Assembly (NCBI GenBank): GCA_964247055.1
Contig: OZ176055.1
Coordinates: 9,734,001-9,798,000, forward strand
Direction of reading: 5' to 3'
Origin: Paragordius varius
Taxonomy: Eukaryota > Animalia > Nematomorpha
DNA length: 64,000 bases
Shown piece by piece: positions 1 through 24,300 of the stretch (position 1 is the stretch's first letter; each line of letters begins with the position of its first letter). The translations under genes and the position numbers were made by a program. A model generated the notes under the pieces. It was given only the letters and a program-made list of their open reading frames with translations, ran no database searches and was not told the origin of the DNA.

Positions 1-490
1 GTGTATTTTTATTGTTAGAGGGCGAATTCGAATCGTAAGTGGTATATATTTTGGAAACAGGGAGATAGATTTATGTTTATTGGTAAAATCTTTTTTTCTT
101 AATTGAAACTAAGATAAAAGTTTAGATGAGTAACTTTGAAATACTACAAAATATTCAAATAAAAAACATTTAAAATATCACTCATCATCACCGTTACAAC
201 AAATTTATCCATCCAGTAAAGAATATTGTTAAGTTTCAAGGAATTGAAACTGGGAAGACAGTACCATTCAAATTTTTATTAATATCTTCGCTGGTTTTTT
301 TAGAATGGACAAGAAAATTAAATGCAAATGTTGTTTAACCAATATCTTAAATATATATTAGAGGGTAAAATTAGTGTCAATATATGGTTGATTTAGGATA
401 CACTTTTTTTAAATGAATTCGTTTTTTATCAAAATTAACCATATTTTCTTTTGAATCAAATTTATTTCTATATATATATATATATATAAG

Positions 491-666
491 ATTTGATCAA
501 AAAATTGGGCCTTGAAAAATCTAAAAAAGCAGGCGAGACGACATCCTCCGAATCTGAATCAGAAACCGATGAACATCACAACCATGGTTGCCATGGCGAT
601 GCACATTGTCACGCTTTCCAAAACGAGGAAGAACAAATTAAGGCTAAATTCAAAGTTGTCATTTAA
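491..666 (+). CDS. Probable terminal exon of an unidentified gene that begins left of the window; Ser/Glu- and His-rich C-terminal tail
   Basis: GC-elevated block after an AG acceptor (490) reads (D)LIKKLGLEKSKKAGETTSSESESETDEHHNHGCHGDAHCHAFQNEEEQIKAKFKVVI* (TAA 664-666). This frame differs from the supplied 512..772 ORF. Possible upstream exon fragments at about 60-350 were not resolved; no family recognised. Confidence 0.4.
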
Positions 667-1651
667 GTCAATTATAATTATAAAAATTTATTGTTATAAG
701 ACAAATAAATACTTAAAATTGAAAATGCTTGTCATTTATGATTTTGCTATCGAATTTCTATTCATTAATTAAATCATTATAAAACTCTCGAGGTATTTCA
801 AAAAAATGTCCTTTAGGCACATGGGGGTAATAATATGTAAATTTTTCGATCTATTTATTTTAAAATATCTCTTTATGTCATAAAAATAGGTATTTTAGGT
901 ATATAAAATATTCTGATGTAATTGTTGGAATTGTATTCTTATTATCACACATAATTGAGAGGTATAAAAATTTAGATTAATACTGAGCAGGGCGAATTTG
1001 AAAAAGCATGATAACAAAAAGGATATATATATGATACGTAAAAAAAATTGATATTTTTTAAATAAAAATTTTTTTATAAAAAATACAAAAATTGAATTGA
1101 TACAGGCTAAATACTAAAAGTTAAAAATTTTGTATATGAAGATACATCCATGTTATTTAAAAATATAAAGACAAAATTATATTCTAAAAGACAACCATGT
1201 TTTTAAAACCTCAATGTTTCCCATAATAAAGTGATTGTGTGAGTATTATATATCTCTATTTCAGACTTTGTCACATTAAACAATTAATTTATTAATATAA
1301 ATCTAGTTTTAAAAAGTATGGTTGTCTTTAAAAAAATATGTTTTTATATTTTTACATTTTATTCGTATAATTTCAGTTTTTACTTTTTTATTATATATCG
1401 TATGGATGTAAAAAATGATTGATATTAATAGAAATCCTTCAAAAAAAAAAACAGAGTTAAATATTGAATACAAAAGTTAGAACTAAAAGACAAATATTTT
1501 AAGTAAAAATATTATTTTTTTTGTGTTTTGCCTTTACACAATATAATACATTAATTTTGGCGATTATTAGACATTTTTTTAAAACTTAGTGATTTTATGG
1601 ATAAGTAAACAGTAAATTTGTGAATTTAAAGCAAATTTTTATGCATTGTTG

Positions 1652-11655
<10,004 letters not shown>

Positions 11656-12332
11656 ATTTCATATGCGTTGATGAACTGATATAAATTCAATATGTTATTA
11701 AATGTTGGCCAAATTATTATTTAACTTCATTACTTTTTCGCTCTTTATGGATAAATACATATGTAAGTATTTTTCATAGAACTAAAACTCTTACCATATT
11801 TGTTAAAAGTTGCTTTTGATAAAAGATATTAAGTCATGGCTTTTAAATTCGAATAGCTTAATCTAAAATTATTATCCAAATAAAAATACATATTTTAGCC
11901 ATTAAGAAGAGGTAATAGAGTCTAATAAGATTCTTTGTAAACTTAAAATTCGACACATATAAAGGGTAAGATAAAAATTATATCGCTTTTTAAAGTTATT
12001 TATAACTTAGTCATACTCATTAAAATATTTAAAGAACCAAAAAAAGTATTTTCAAGAGTCATTCAAAAAAATAGCTGTTTGACACATTTTCAGATATAAA
12101 TGTTTGAAATAAGTCATATGATTACCTAAAAGATTCATGAGCAAACTTTTATAGCGCGGTTTGACGATTAAGTCACAACCTAATATGTGAATATTTTATT
12201 TTTAAGTGATCAACCAATATTTTGATTTTTTATATTCAATGGTTCTCTTAAGTGCATAATAGCATATACAACTTTTAATTTAGAGGCCCCTAATATTACA
12301 CATGTATCATCATAACATATTTCGGCTAACAT
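11656..12332. promoter_or_regulatory. Putative bidirectional promoter between GK and PSPH
   Basis: 677-bp interval between divergently oriented start codons (GK ATG 11655 on -, PSPH ATG 12333 on +); no copy of the recognised MITE families seen in it. Function inferred from geometry only. Confidence 0.5.
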
Positions 12333-13483
12333 ATGGTATCAAACAGATTACAGCAAATCAAAGAACGTTGGAAAAGTTGTGATTGCGTTTGTATTGATTT
12401 TGACTCCACTTTTTGTCTGTCTGAAACACTGGATGATTTAGCAAAATATATGGGAATTTATGAGGAAATTTTTGAGATTACTAAAAAAGGAATGGAGGGC
12501 CAAATATTGTTTGAAGATTCATTGAAACAACGACTAAACATGCTAAAGCCAAGTCGTCATGTAATTCAGCAATTTTTGATTAAGAATTCACCGCAGCTAT
12601 CAAAAAACATTGATAAGCTTATTGAATATTTGCGATGCAAAGGCACCCATGTATATTTAATATCTGGTGGTTTTGTCGATATCATTTTACCACTTGTCTC
12701 ATCGTATTTTAATGCCGACCAAGTTTTCGCAAACAAATTGTTATTTGATAATGAAGGTATTGTTTTAATTATTTTAGTTGAGGTTTATACGTTGGGTTCG
12801 ATTCAAACTCGTTAACAGCCAAAAGCGGTGGGAAAGCCAAGGTTATAGAATATTTAAGGGCAACGCATCATTACAAAAACATATTTATAATTGGAGACGG
12901 TATTACTGATTTAGAAGCTTTTCCGCCTGTGGTATATTTTACAGTTTTAACATTATAAAACCATTATCATGGTTAATGGATTTCGATAAAAGCTTTTTGT
13001 TTTTCCAGTTTTTTGTAATAGCTTGTTAAGAAACGCGTATATTAAGTTTGAAAATGTCGTAAATATTACTTTACTAACTAGTGATTGTATATTAAAAAGA
13101 AATAATAATAATTCACAAATAGATAAGGTTTATAATGATTTGAGGTCCAAATTTGTATCAGATATAATTTAAATTATTTCAATAAATTTTATTATCATTT
13201 TTTATTTATGGTTTATATTAGGAGTAACCACTGTTTTAAAATACCTTGAATGCTATTTAATATATGATTTATATTAGCGATTTTTTATCCGAATAATATT
13301 TATTTGATCGGAATCTAAGCAAATTCAAATTCTTTTTTATTTTTATTACCATACCGTTGAATATCTTTTATTCTATTGTGATTACAGGACGGTTTTATTG
13401 GGTATGGGGGAAATGTGGTGAGAAAAATTGTTCAAGAAAAAAGTCCCTGGTTTATCATGGATTTCAGCGAGTTAATTATTTGA
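12333..13483 (+). CDS. PSPH: Phosphoserine phosphatase (HAD superfamily), 3 exons, 222 aa
   Basis: Exons 12333-12756, 12783-12931, 13388-13483 (669 nt). HAD motifs DFDST, LISGGF, GGKAKVI, IGDGITDLEA and C-terminal FIGYGGNVVR match PSPH. Confidence 0.93.
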
Positions 13484-13612
13484 ATAATGACTTATTAATT
13501 ATGCATTTATAATTAAAAATTTTAAAATAGCAGGAATTATAATAAATTTCTATTTATTCATATTTATATATAGTTATAAACAGTTAAGGTAAATATATTC
13601 GTTTTTATTAAC

Positions 13613-16600
13613 TCAAAGTTCACTAAGATACTGAATCAAGTTTTCATAAACTAAAAATGTTATGCAAGTTGCAGGTGTAACTCTCAATATTTGGGGCCAC
13701 CAACCCTTAAAAAATCCACGCGGGCCTTCATATCTAATCACATTACAATAAGTAAATCATATTATAAGGATAAAACTGAAAAAATTAAAAGACTTAATAT
13801 TCTAGGGCTAACTATAATTTTGGATTATATAGGATTACAATGACTTAAAGTTATATGATTTAGTGTGTATCATATACCATATTTCCCAACACTAACACAA
13901 AAAACAAGATAGGTTTTCTTTATCAAGAATGAATTATATATTTAGCTATTATTTTCATGTTTTTTTGGCTTCATAATTTCAATTTTTACTGTAAGGTATC
14001 AAAGAGATACACTAGTATGAAATAGTAAAAAAATATTTAATGTCTTAAATTATATGTTTTATGTTTACAAATTTACAGTATATTTAAGTAAACATTGCTA
14101 AAAAGTTATTTTATTGCAAAATGGCATAAATACAAAACAAAGAGCAGTATTATTGACTTATACTTATTTTTTTCACTTTTTACTATTATTAGCCAATAAT
14201 AATTCTCTTTGCTGCTGAATATGCTATTTGGCAATAATTCATAATAGCAATACATACTTCATAACAGTAATTTCTGAAAATATGCAGGCAAAACTTTGGA
14301 ATATTAAAGTATCATACATTTTTAAACCTTAATTAATTCTATATAAAATATATAATAACAAATTCAAATTAATTAATTGGGAGTGTTTTACATTTATATT
14401 TAAAATTTTGAAGTTTGAAACAATGAATTATACTCAAAAAACCAACTTTTAAAAAGTATAACGGTCTTTGTTAAAAAAATATATGTCTCTTTGTTTTTAA
14501 CGATTTGTCTGTATAATTGCAATTTTTACTGTGTAAATAAAATATGTACAGTTAGGAGTAACTTTTTTCCTTTTTCTTATTAGACTTAAATTGTATCCGT
14601 ACATGTTGAGGCTTTATTATTTAACACTCATCTGCCTGCCTGCCGAGGGCTGACAGTGATGATGATAAAATTGTGTAGTTCCAGGGTTTCAAACTCTGGC
14701 ATCACGCCTACCAATATTTACTGTATAAAATAGGTTTTAAATACAGTAAAAACTGAAACTATACGGTCAAAACATAAAAATATAAAGACAAATATTTTTT
14801 TTTCAAAAAACAACCCCATATTTTTTAAATCTAAATCTTTCCGTATAAATAATGTTTATTTACAATTATAAAATATATAATTGATTGGGTTAACTATATA
14901 CACTTCTATTCCATACTTTGCAATTTTTAACAATTATATATAAATTTTGTAAAATCAAGATTTAAAAAGTATGGTCGTGGTCGGTTGTCTTTTAGAAAAA
15001 ATATTTGTCTTTATATTTTTACGTTTTGTCCATCAGTATAATAATATGTATATTACTTCCAAATTTTAACAATGACATCATTGAAACCGGCATAAGTCTT
15101 AGTGCGATCTTGTAATCTTGCTTTTATAACTTGAAAGGGATATGTTAAATTAACTGCAAATATTTTGGATAGGGCTGCCATACTAAGGTATTCAATATTG
15201 TCCTATGCGTATATGGGATTAATAAAAGTACCGTCAAAAAAATGCAAAACACTGATATTATGCAAAAACAAAATGTATGTAAAAAACAACAGATTTAAGA
15301 CATCCATAGCGCATTGCTTTAATAATTTTGTGTTTTATTTATTAAGCTCAACTTTGGGCGATATATCTTTTAAATAATCGTAAATTTTTGATTGATATAT
15401 CCAATTTTTAATTTTTTTAAACAAACATTTTTTATTGCATGCACTTTTCCGTACCAAACAAAGCGTGTTGGCACCCCTGAGTTTAATATCCAGAAAAGGA
15501 ATAGAGTTGCAAATCATATAATTTATGCAGTAGTGTATTTACAGTAAAATTGAAATTATACGGACAAAATGTAAAACTATAAATACAAATTTTTTACAAA
15601 AGACACCCACTTTTTTAAACCTTAATTTATCCTATAAAAACATTTAGTTACAATCGTAAAATGGATAATTGATTGTGTAACCAATACTTAGTAGTTAAAA
15701 ACAATGAGTTTTATTTTAAAAAATCAAGATTAAAAAAATATCGTTGTGTCTTTTAGAAATATATTTGTCATCATTATATTTTCAAGTTTTTTCCGTATAA
15801 TTACAATTTACTGTACATAATTTATGTAATAAAAAAATTAAAGGTCGTAAATAGTATGTTTGTTTTATGAATGGCAAAAATATTTGTATTTAGCTATTAA
15901 TTTTAGGGTATAATATAGTATACTAGGCGTTTAGTCCTGGGATATAATCTGTAAGCACAATATTGATTTTTTAATTGCTCGTAAGCCATAAACTGCAGTG
16001 CTCCGTGGGAAACACCAAAGAGACCAGGTACGAATCCCTATGCAAAATCGTTATAATTATTATATGAGAATATTTTGTGAATGCTATTTAAAAAATAACG
16101 CACATAATGTTATTTTATGATATACAGTAAATATTGAAATTATACTATGGACAAAACGTATAAATATAAAGACAAATATTTTTTGCTAAAAGACAACCAT
16201 ATGTTTTAAATCTTGATTTTTTGTAATTATGGCTCATTGTTATAAATATGAAAGCATGAAATAGAGACGTCTATTGGTCACATTCAATTTTATATTTTCC
16301 AGATGTAATTAAATATTTTATATACGAAAACTAAGGTTTAAAAAAATTTGTTAGTTTTAAAAAATATTTGTTTTTATATTAAACATTTTGTCAGTATAAT
16401 TTCAATTTTTACTGTAATTCTAGGAGTAAAATGATAATATTCGATGGTGAAATTAGATTGATTGATCAAGGGTTAATTTGAAAAAAAAAATCATTTAATA
16501 AAAAAAATTTAACGGGTATTTTATCGTGTAAATTTACATATTGTGTTTAATTAATTTAGGGAGGTAAAAATCTAAAATATAGCATACACGGTATAATCCT

Positions 16601-17814
16601 TTGACACCTTCAGTTTTGTATATACTTGTCCAAACATCAACCATACCTCGATACATTTTTCCAGAATTTTCGCTTGACCCTAGGGGGCCATTTTTGACAT
16701 TTGTTGGGTTATTTCCTCCTACTGTGACAGAAGGATCATCGGATTGTAAGCAAAGACGTGTTTTAGCAAGCCAAATAGGATTCGTGCAAATAAGTGTAAT
16801 TAATCCTATAAGGTGAGATGTATTTACTACAATTTAAATTATATGGAGAAAAAAGATAAAGACAATAATTTTTAAAAGACCGTTTTATTAGGTTTTCTTA
16901 AACTCATTGATTGAAACCGCAAAGCATGAAATAAAAGTGTAAATTATAATTACACACATTTACATAAATCTTGTGATTTAAAAATTAATATAGAAAAAAT
17001 CAAGGTTTAAAAAAATATGGTTGTCTTTTACAGAAAAATATTTGTCTTTTTGTTAACTATACGTTTACACATTAATTAAAATTGGCACTCAATGAATCAT
17101 TAAAAACTACAAATGGGGTAGTTCCTGTGTAAATTTATGCCTCTATCTTTATAAAAAATATAAATAAACTGATATAAATTATAGTGAAGAAAGTTCCATA
17201 TCGTTAAGGTTTTATTCTTTAAAATTTAAACGAATTTTGTACATTACTTATTATAAATTATAAATGCTTAATTTTAAAAGGTCTGCGGTCGTATGAAATA
17301 GGACACGATATTGATTCAGATGTTAACATAAAATATTTAATTAAAAAATATACCCGAAGATGCCGCACATTCTATGGATTGCAATGTGTTCAGAGATTTA
17401 ATCTCCGGATTCAGAAGAAATCGTGATTTCAAAATATTATATCTATAAAATAATTTAACAATTTGTACATACATGAAGAAATATAGACCCCAAGCGATTC
17501 CAGAACCCAAAATATTAGGAGTTGCTCCACGATACCATCCTTTTAGATGGCCTTCATACACATATATTCTGTGGAAAGCATTTAATACACCGGTGTATGA
17601 CGGAATAGATTTTCCAATACCATCATTGGCTGTTTTATTAGGATTAAAAAAATTTAAATTTACCAGCAAAGCGTAATTTCAAAAGGTCGAATGGGTGTAA
17701 AACAAAAGCTGATATAACTCCACCAGTGGTTCCAGCAATTAGATGATCATAATTTTTAATATTTAGTTTTCTTTGTGTAGTTTGACCATCATTATTTTTT
17801 GGATTTATGCCCAT
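13613..17814 (-). CDS. SLC25A32: Mitochondrial folate/FAD carrier (SLC25 family), 7 exons, 331 aa
   Basis: Exons 17664-17814, 17473-17629, 17354-17442, 16588-16805, 15924-16037, 15057-15202, 13613-13733 (996 nt). Three carrier repeats ([30 protein letters not shown]) plus SLC25A32-type [31 protein letters not shown] and [14 protein letters not shown]. Confidence 0.9.
14744..15040. mobile_element. Tc1/mariner-type MITE family A (SLC25A32 intron 6)
   Basis: Intact left TIR; right TIR truncated about 15 bp from the exon 6 donor. Confidence 0.8.
15542..15813. mobile_element. Tc1/mariner-type MITE family A (SLC25A32 intron 5)
   Basis: TA-CAGT...ACTG-TA with both TIRs. Confidence 0.85.
16125..16414. 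mobile_element. Tc1/mariner-type MITE family A (SLC25A32 intron 4)
   Basis: TA-CAGT...ACTG-TA with both TIRs. Confidence 0.85.
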
Positions 17815-19884
17815 CCGACAAATAAAGCATTTTTAAGTTATCAACATCTGATTTTCACAATTATGATTCGGCGAATTATGTTTTGTGCTGTTTACAGCAC
17901 CAATAAAATATTTAGTGTTCCTGTTCGCAGGTTTCTATATATTAAGCCTTAATTTTTTTAGGTTTCTAACACTAACACACTTTTTATATTGCTAAATTTG
18001 TATATTCATGAATAAACACCCGCTAATCTAAATTGAATTACAAATATTTGATCAAACTTTCATGATGTTTACATTATTATACATAATTATCAATAAATAT
18101 AGCACCAATTATAATTTTTGACACTTGTTATCTACCTATCATGCCATGCTGATAAACCCTTAATTAATATAAAAACGAGCATGGTCAAAATGAAAAAATC
18201 TCTATTTTTTTCAGTAATTCTATAATCTGTTATGTAAATATTTTTTTACCCAATACATTGCTTGATACTATTATTGGGAAAATTAATTGCCTAGACAATT
18301 TTTTGAAAATGTATTAGCCCACGCAAAGTCAAGCATATATTTACGAATTCCTCTAAATCTGCAAACCTTTTTAGTTTAGCCCCCTTCCTTGTGAATGATA
18401 TTTTTAATGAATTATGTATCAAAAACAATTTTGGAAACCTACGAGACTATAAAGATTGAATAAGAGTTTCAGCTTTTTTACTTATAAAGACAATAAGTTA
18501 TGTTCCTGGGGTCATTAAAATAAGCAGCCAAAAATGTGGCTTTACAATTTTTGCCTTAGTATTAAAAATTAATTTTAATTTGTTCCCTGTGTAAACGCAT
18601 TTTTACTAGCGCTTTTTTAACATCTGAGTTTTAATACACTACCATGTAAAAATAACGTAACTGAAGCAATTTTCAAAAAAACCCTTAAAATGAGATATCA
18701 TTCCTCGTTTTAGGGATATAAAATAAAAAGGCACAATGTTCAGTGCTTATTAAATTAGATTTCGGATAAAGCTCCATTCTGTGTTAAAAACACCACCATG
18801 TAAAAATAACAGACTTTTAAACCTGTTCAAGTTATGTGACTAAAAAATTAATAATGGTTTCAAATATTGCCCAATAAAAAACAAACATATTAGTCAGGCG
18901 ATTATTTGTATCTATCCATAAGCTGGGCCTAACCCTTTGTTAAATCTATATATGTACGTGATTTAAGGCATTTTACCAACAAATTATGAGCCGATATGAA
19001 TTTAATATGTGTTTTAGTTATTTCCCATTCAAGGGCAAAAAATATACAAGAGCCTTTTATTAATCAGCTTCTGGTTAAGGCTACACTCGTGTTGTATGCG
19101 CTACTATACAAAAATACTGTAGATCGGAAATATTTTAGGGACAGCTTATGAGACCATATGGTTTCGATTTAGTTATTCCCATTTAAAAACAAAATTTTAG
19201 TAAATAGTTTTTTTACATTAGCATATTAGTAGGGTCGCCACTATATAAAAATAATATGATATGAAAGTATTTGGGGAAGTATTTTTCGACGACATAAACT
19301 CAATAATTAATTATTTTCACTTGAGAGTTAAAGTTTCTTGGCAATATATACCCATGGTTACAGAAGCTTCTTAGGTTAAATACGCCTCCAAACATGCTCT
19401 GATCATAGATTCACCATTGATATTGTCCATTAGGCTCAAGGTTATGCATTAAACAGGAACCTACCTTGGATTATAACCAACCTGATTTGGTTTTCCATAG
19501 TCTAAATAAGTGGTTCCCATATATTTTATAAAAAATGAAATTTGGGGAATAAAAAAGTTTATTATAAATATAATATTTAGGTAATTTGTTTTTAATTTTA
19601 ACCTCTTTTTTTATAAAGGAATGAGCAATAACTCAAATGTTGTTTATGCCGGTGAGTATATAGACGCCGCGATATGAAATGGAGAAAAAAATATATCTCG
19701 CCACAATTCCTTGATGCTGTACAAATGCATTAAAAAAGAAGAAGTTTATATTATTGTAAATGACGATATTTTAGATGATTTTCTAAATATAAGACTTGAA
19801 CTCATTAAAGGCCCTATAAATTTAAAACATTCATTTTAATTCATGCGTCAGCCGATATATTGAAAATTTGTGAAAATTATAGCC

Positions 19885-20495
19885 ATGTTCGACACCCCAG
19901 TAGAAGTAGTAAATGAAATCCTATTCTTAGGCTTTCTAATAGATATCAACATCTCGTCCACGCCAGATATTAGACGCCGCATAGTATTATGGAAGTCAGC
20001 TGCAAACAAGTTAACTAAATTATAATAAAGTAAAGATTCACTATGAAAAGTAAAGTGAGTCTAAATAAAATGCATGGTTTTCCGGTAACGACTTATGCTG
20101 CCGAAAGTTGGATACTAAAACAGAATGATAAAAAAAGGATTGCAGCATATGAAATGTGGTGTTGGAGTAGAATGTTGAATATAAGATCGACTGACAAGGT
20201 TAAGAACAAAACATAAGAGAAAAATTAAATATTGAGAGTCTCTAAATGGGAGCCATTATAAAAGAAAGTTTACGCACATTGGGCACATTTTAAGAACTAC
20301 ATCCCTGAGAAGGATTTGATTTTTGGGAAAGTTGAAGGGAAAACAAAAAAAGGACGACCGATGTTAAGATGGCTGGACATTGTAAAGAAGGAATCTGGTT
20401 TTTTAAGTGAATTGAAGAAATAGAATGGGAAAGAGACAAGTGGAGAGAACTAGTCATTATAAATTTCAATGGATCGAACTCGACCTTAGTAATCA
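19885..20495 (+). mobile_element. Decayed 3' fragment of an RTE-clade (BovB-like) non-LTR retrotransposon
   Basis: Broken frames translate to VEVVNEILFLG..DIRRRI, FPVTTYAAESW..YEMWCWSRML, GHILR and GKVEGKTKKGRPMLRWLD..DKWRELV, typical of the RTE RT thumb/C-terminus; stops and frameshifts present. Confidence 0.8.
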
Positions 20496-21255
20496 CCTAC
20501 CTCCCTTAAGCTTATTATAAAAATGTGATAATTAATAGAAATGTATATTATTACCTTTGTACTATTTCATCATGCATTTGGCTAATTAACACTTGCTAAC
20601 GGGTTTAAATTATTTTATGTAATTGTCAAGTTTTTTTGCAAATGAACCATTCATGAAAAAAAACATGTAAAAATTCGATAAAGAATATGAATTAAATATT
20701 AATGCTTAATTGTGATCGAATCTATGCTTATAAAAAGAGTTATAATATTACACCATTTCCAACTATATATTACAAACAATAAATTTTAAAAATAAAAACG
20801 CCTTTTAGAAGATTAAATACGACTTTAATCTTACCTTAAGTTTTCCTAATACGGCATACGATTTCGATAAAGAAGTATATTTTCTGAATCTATAAACTAG
20901 CTATGCAGATATATTGGCTAAAATCAACTATCAGGATAAATATAGCAAAAACGCAGTAAGCTAAATCAATAGTATAAAATATGTAAACGCTATATTTCGT
21001 TTAAATATTCTTATATTTGGAAGTTAGTTTTGTTCGCACAAATATTTGATTTGTTCATAACAGTTTAAAATATTATGAGCAATCTATATTTAACCTTGAG
21101 TTATGTTATCATTATATTTTTCTCAGATATTTTTATGGGCCATCAATTTTACGAAACTCGTATTGGCATTTCTATAAATATAATTTTATTTTATATCTAT
21201 ACTATATAAATCAAATATTTGACAAGCCTACACCTCTGTTCCCTATGTCCAGATC

Positions 21256-21262
21256 TATAAAA
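21256..21262 (+). promoter_or_regulatory. TATA box of protease copy 1
   Basis: TATAAAA about 60 bp upstream of the ATG, inside a block conserved in both paralogues. Confidence 0.55.
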
Positions 21263-21316
21263 CAAGGAACGAATCGATTGATACGGCTATTATCAATTTT
21301 TTTGACTCAAAAAAAA

Positions 21317-24300
21317 ATGTTGCCAAAATTTTTTACTGCATTATTCATTGGTTTAATTTTAAACTTTGCGCTTTACGATGGTGGCATTGCATTTCATAAA
21401 AAAACGGAACCTATTAATGATGCAACGTACAGTGGATCAAATATAATTAATAGCACAAGAGTCAAAAGTATGACTTTTAAATATACCATGTACAATTCAA
21501 ATTCACCCTTAAACAATTCAAATTCACCCTAAAAATAAATTATGTGTTTTTGGGCTAATATAACTCATCATCAATATGAAATATATTTTTACGACATAGT
21601 TTATTATTTTTTCAGTATTATATAAATTTTAACAGAATTTTATATTTTAAAAATATTAAGAAATATAAGTAATTTTTAATGTATAAAAACACATAATTTT
21701 TTTAGGGTGATTTTGAATTGTTCGAGGGTGAATTTGATTTGTTCAAGGGTGATGTTCAAGGGTGAATTTGAACTGTAAATGGTGTATCTTCTTTTTAAAT
21801 TTAGCGATTCCTACAAAGTATTTTTACACAAAAAAAACTTTTTAAAATAAATAAAAATTATTTTATGAATATTTTTATAATAAATATTTTACATAATTTC
21901 CATGATAGGAAGTTTAACGATAGCTGGAAGAACTGTTGTGGAACACGATGCCAAATACGTCGTAAAATATTACTTTTTTTGTCTATTTGATACTTTGGAA
22001 TTTACTTTTTTATTAAAAAAAATTAATTTATATCGTAGATTTTCATTCAACTGCCTAACCAAGGACGATGTGTTGGAACCCTGCTTAATAAAAATACGGT
22101 CTTAACAGCTGCTCATTGTGTCCACAAAATGTAAGTTATAATATGGAAAATATTTGAAAAAAAAATAATTTAAAATATATGTAAAACTTTCATATAAAGT
22201 CCACTAGGTTTAAAAAATTGGGTTTTGGTCCCGGCACTATTGGGTATTGACCAAGTGGGGATTGATTTCATATAATTAATTGATAACCTATATATTTCAA
22301 TTAGCATTAAAAAGGTTTATTAAATTCATAAATATACTAATAAACTAAAGTGATAACAAAATCATTGAAAAAAAAGACAACACTATTTTTCGGAGTCGCG
22401 GTTTTGGATCTATAAATTGTTATATGAAACGTTTGTTATATTTCAAAACGGATTAAAAGGCTTGGTTTCAAGGCTAAGATAAATCCATTCTTTTTGGGCT
22501 ATACAGATTTTTGAGTTAATGTACACTTTATCACATAGAGTTAAATAAATTTGGATACTAGTGAAAAACAAATATTAGTTTATTATTTATATTTATAATC
22601 ACAAGTTTAATATTTTAAACTTAAAAATAAGATTTAACTATATAATGTTCCCTTTTTGGCGAGCGTTTTCAAGCGGGTTTGTTCAAAAAGTAAGGAATTG
22701 ATGTAAATTCTAAATTTACAACAATTTTTATGAAAATGCTTTTAAACGATGTAATTTGTATATCTTGAGACAGACAATCATCCAATTATATAAATACATT
22801 ATCGGGAAAATAAAAAATTTCAAACTATAATGTTTAATACAAGAAATTTAAACACATTATATACTGCTAATGTAAAAGAAAAATTATTATGAAACGCATA
22901 AATGGATAAAAAACTGTAATTAAAGTGTCTTCACCATTAGTTATAAAACAAATTTTCAGAGCTGTGATATGGATTTTTATTTTAATAATAATGCACAATA
23001 AAATTAAATGGTAAAAACGGCAAAATCCTATTTACCTTGTGCGAATAATTATTTACAACACAACATATCGTTTGGTGTAAACATTCTCCGTGAAAAACTT
23101 TATTTATCATAATGTGCGTCAAAATTTTTGATTTAACTAAATGTGAGCAGTTTTGGTCTGAATTTTTTTAAACTAATAAATTTTTAGATTTACTTTGCGA
23201 TTGCATCATTTAAATCATTTTTTATGTGTAAGATCCTTTATTTAAAAATAGTAAAACAAAAGATATTAAGCTTGTGGCAGGATCTAAAAATATAAAGCTT
23301 GGAAAGATTGTGTCTGTTAAATCCCGTCACACCCATCCAGCCTATGATTTCAAACTCCAAAAAAATGATATTGCCATTTTAAAGCTAACTAACCCATTGT
23401 CAAGCATGTTAACTTTAGCCTTACCAAATAATAATGAGAAACCTAAAGGAGAATGTTTTGCTTATGGCTGGGGAACCTATGGAAGTATAATGTTCAAAAT
23501 GTTAACATAAATTCATATTTCATTAAAAATGTTACATTAAAATATGTAATAAATCTAAATGTCTAACGATTGCGATCGAAATTTTGAGTGTTAGAAATCC
23601 ATAAAAATATTATCTATAAGAAATTATGAAAATATTTAGATTCCAAAAAATAACGACCATAGAGAGCTTCTGCATAAAACTTATAATTTATTTATATATA
23701 ATTTGACATAATTTATAAAGTTTGTTCCAAACATCTTCCGTTTTTTCCTACTAATTACTTTACTTATGCCTACTTGTATCAATATTTTTATCAGATATTT
23801 TGTTTTCAAAAACAAATGCCTTAAAATGGTATCGTTTTTTAAATTCCAGACCTAAACATTTTTATTGTTTTTAGGCGAATTACAATGTCTTAACCTCAAA
23901 TATCTCAGCCACGCAGAATGTATTACCAAGGATATAGTGGCAAAAAGAATCCAAGCTGGAACATTAAATTTGGATAATAAAGTTTGCGGATCAAATGACA
24001 ATTGGCAAGGAACGGAGCCAGTAATTAATTTCCATATAAAAAACTGTATTTTTATATAGCTATGCAGGCGTTTTAATATTCAAAAACGATATAAGAATAA
24101 AAAATGCGCATAGTACCCAAATTTTTTCGCTTCTTAAAGACCATACTAAACCTCATTTAAAAAGTTTAAGTTCCCCAAAGCGTGCAAATACACCCCGCAT
24201 ATTCCATGTATTATAAATCTATTTATTTATTCATCTGACCTTTTATGTCATGGTGAAAATCCGCCATTAAATTAATTACAGTTGGAATGATATCTAATTT

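Noticed and set aside
512-772. Supplied ORF 86 aa
   Set aside because: Runs into AT-rich 3' sequence; the alternative frame ending at 666 is more protein-like and has an acceptor site.
12260-12332. Unpaired acceptor-like AGs upstream of start codons as evidence of SL trans-splicing
   Set aside because: TTTAG/CAG strings are common by chance at this AT content; no SL RNA gene was recognised; cannot be supported without 5' cDNA ends.
14681-14700. tRNA-Sec-like anticodon arm (CCAGGG TTTCAAA CTCTGG, TCA in loop)
   Set aside because: No acceptor stem, D arm, long variable arm or T arm in the flanks; an isolated hairpin only.
16601-17676. Plus-strand ORFs 16601..16816 and 17473..17676 (also 15165..15377)
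   Set aside because: Antisense shadows of SLC25A32 exons.
18600-19200. Short duplicated motifs (accatgtaaaaataac twice; ttatgag..ttagttat.tcccatt twice) and similar ones at 40.9-41.3 kb
   Set aside because: Only two degenerate copies each, with no definable unit; most likely old tandem duplications or TE debris.
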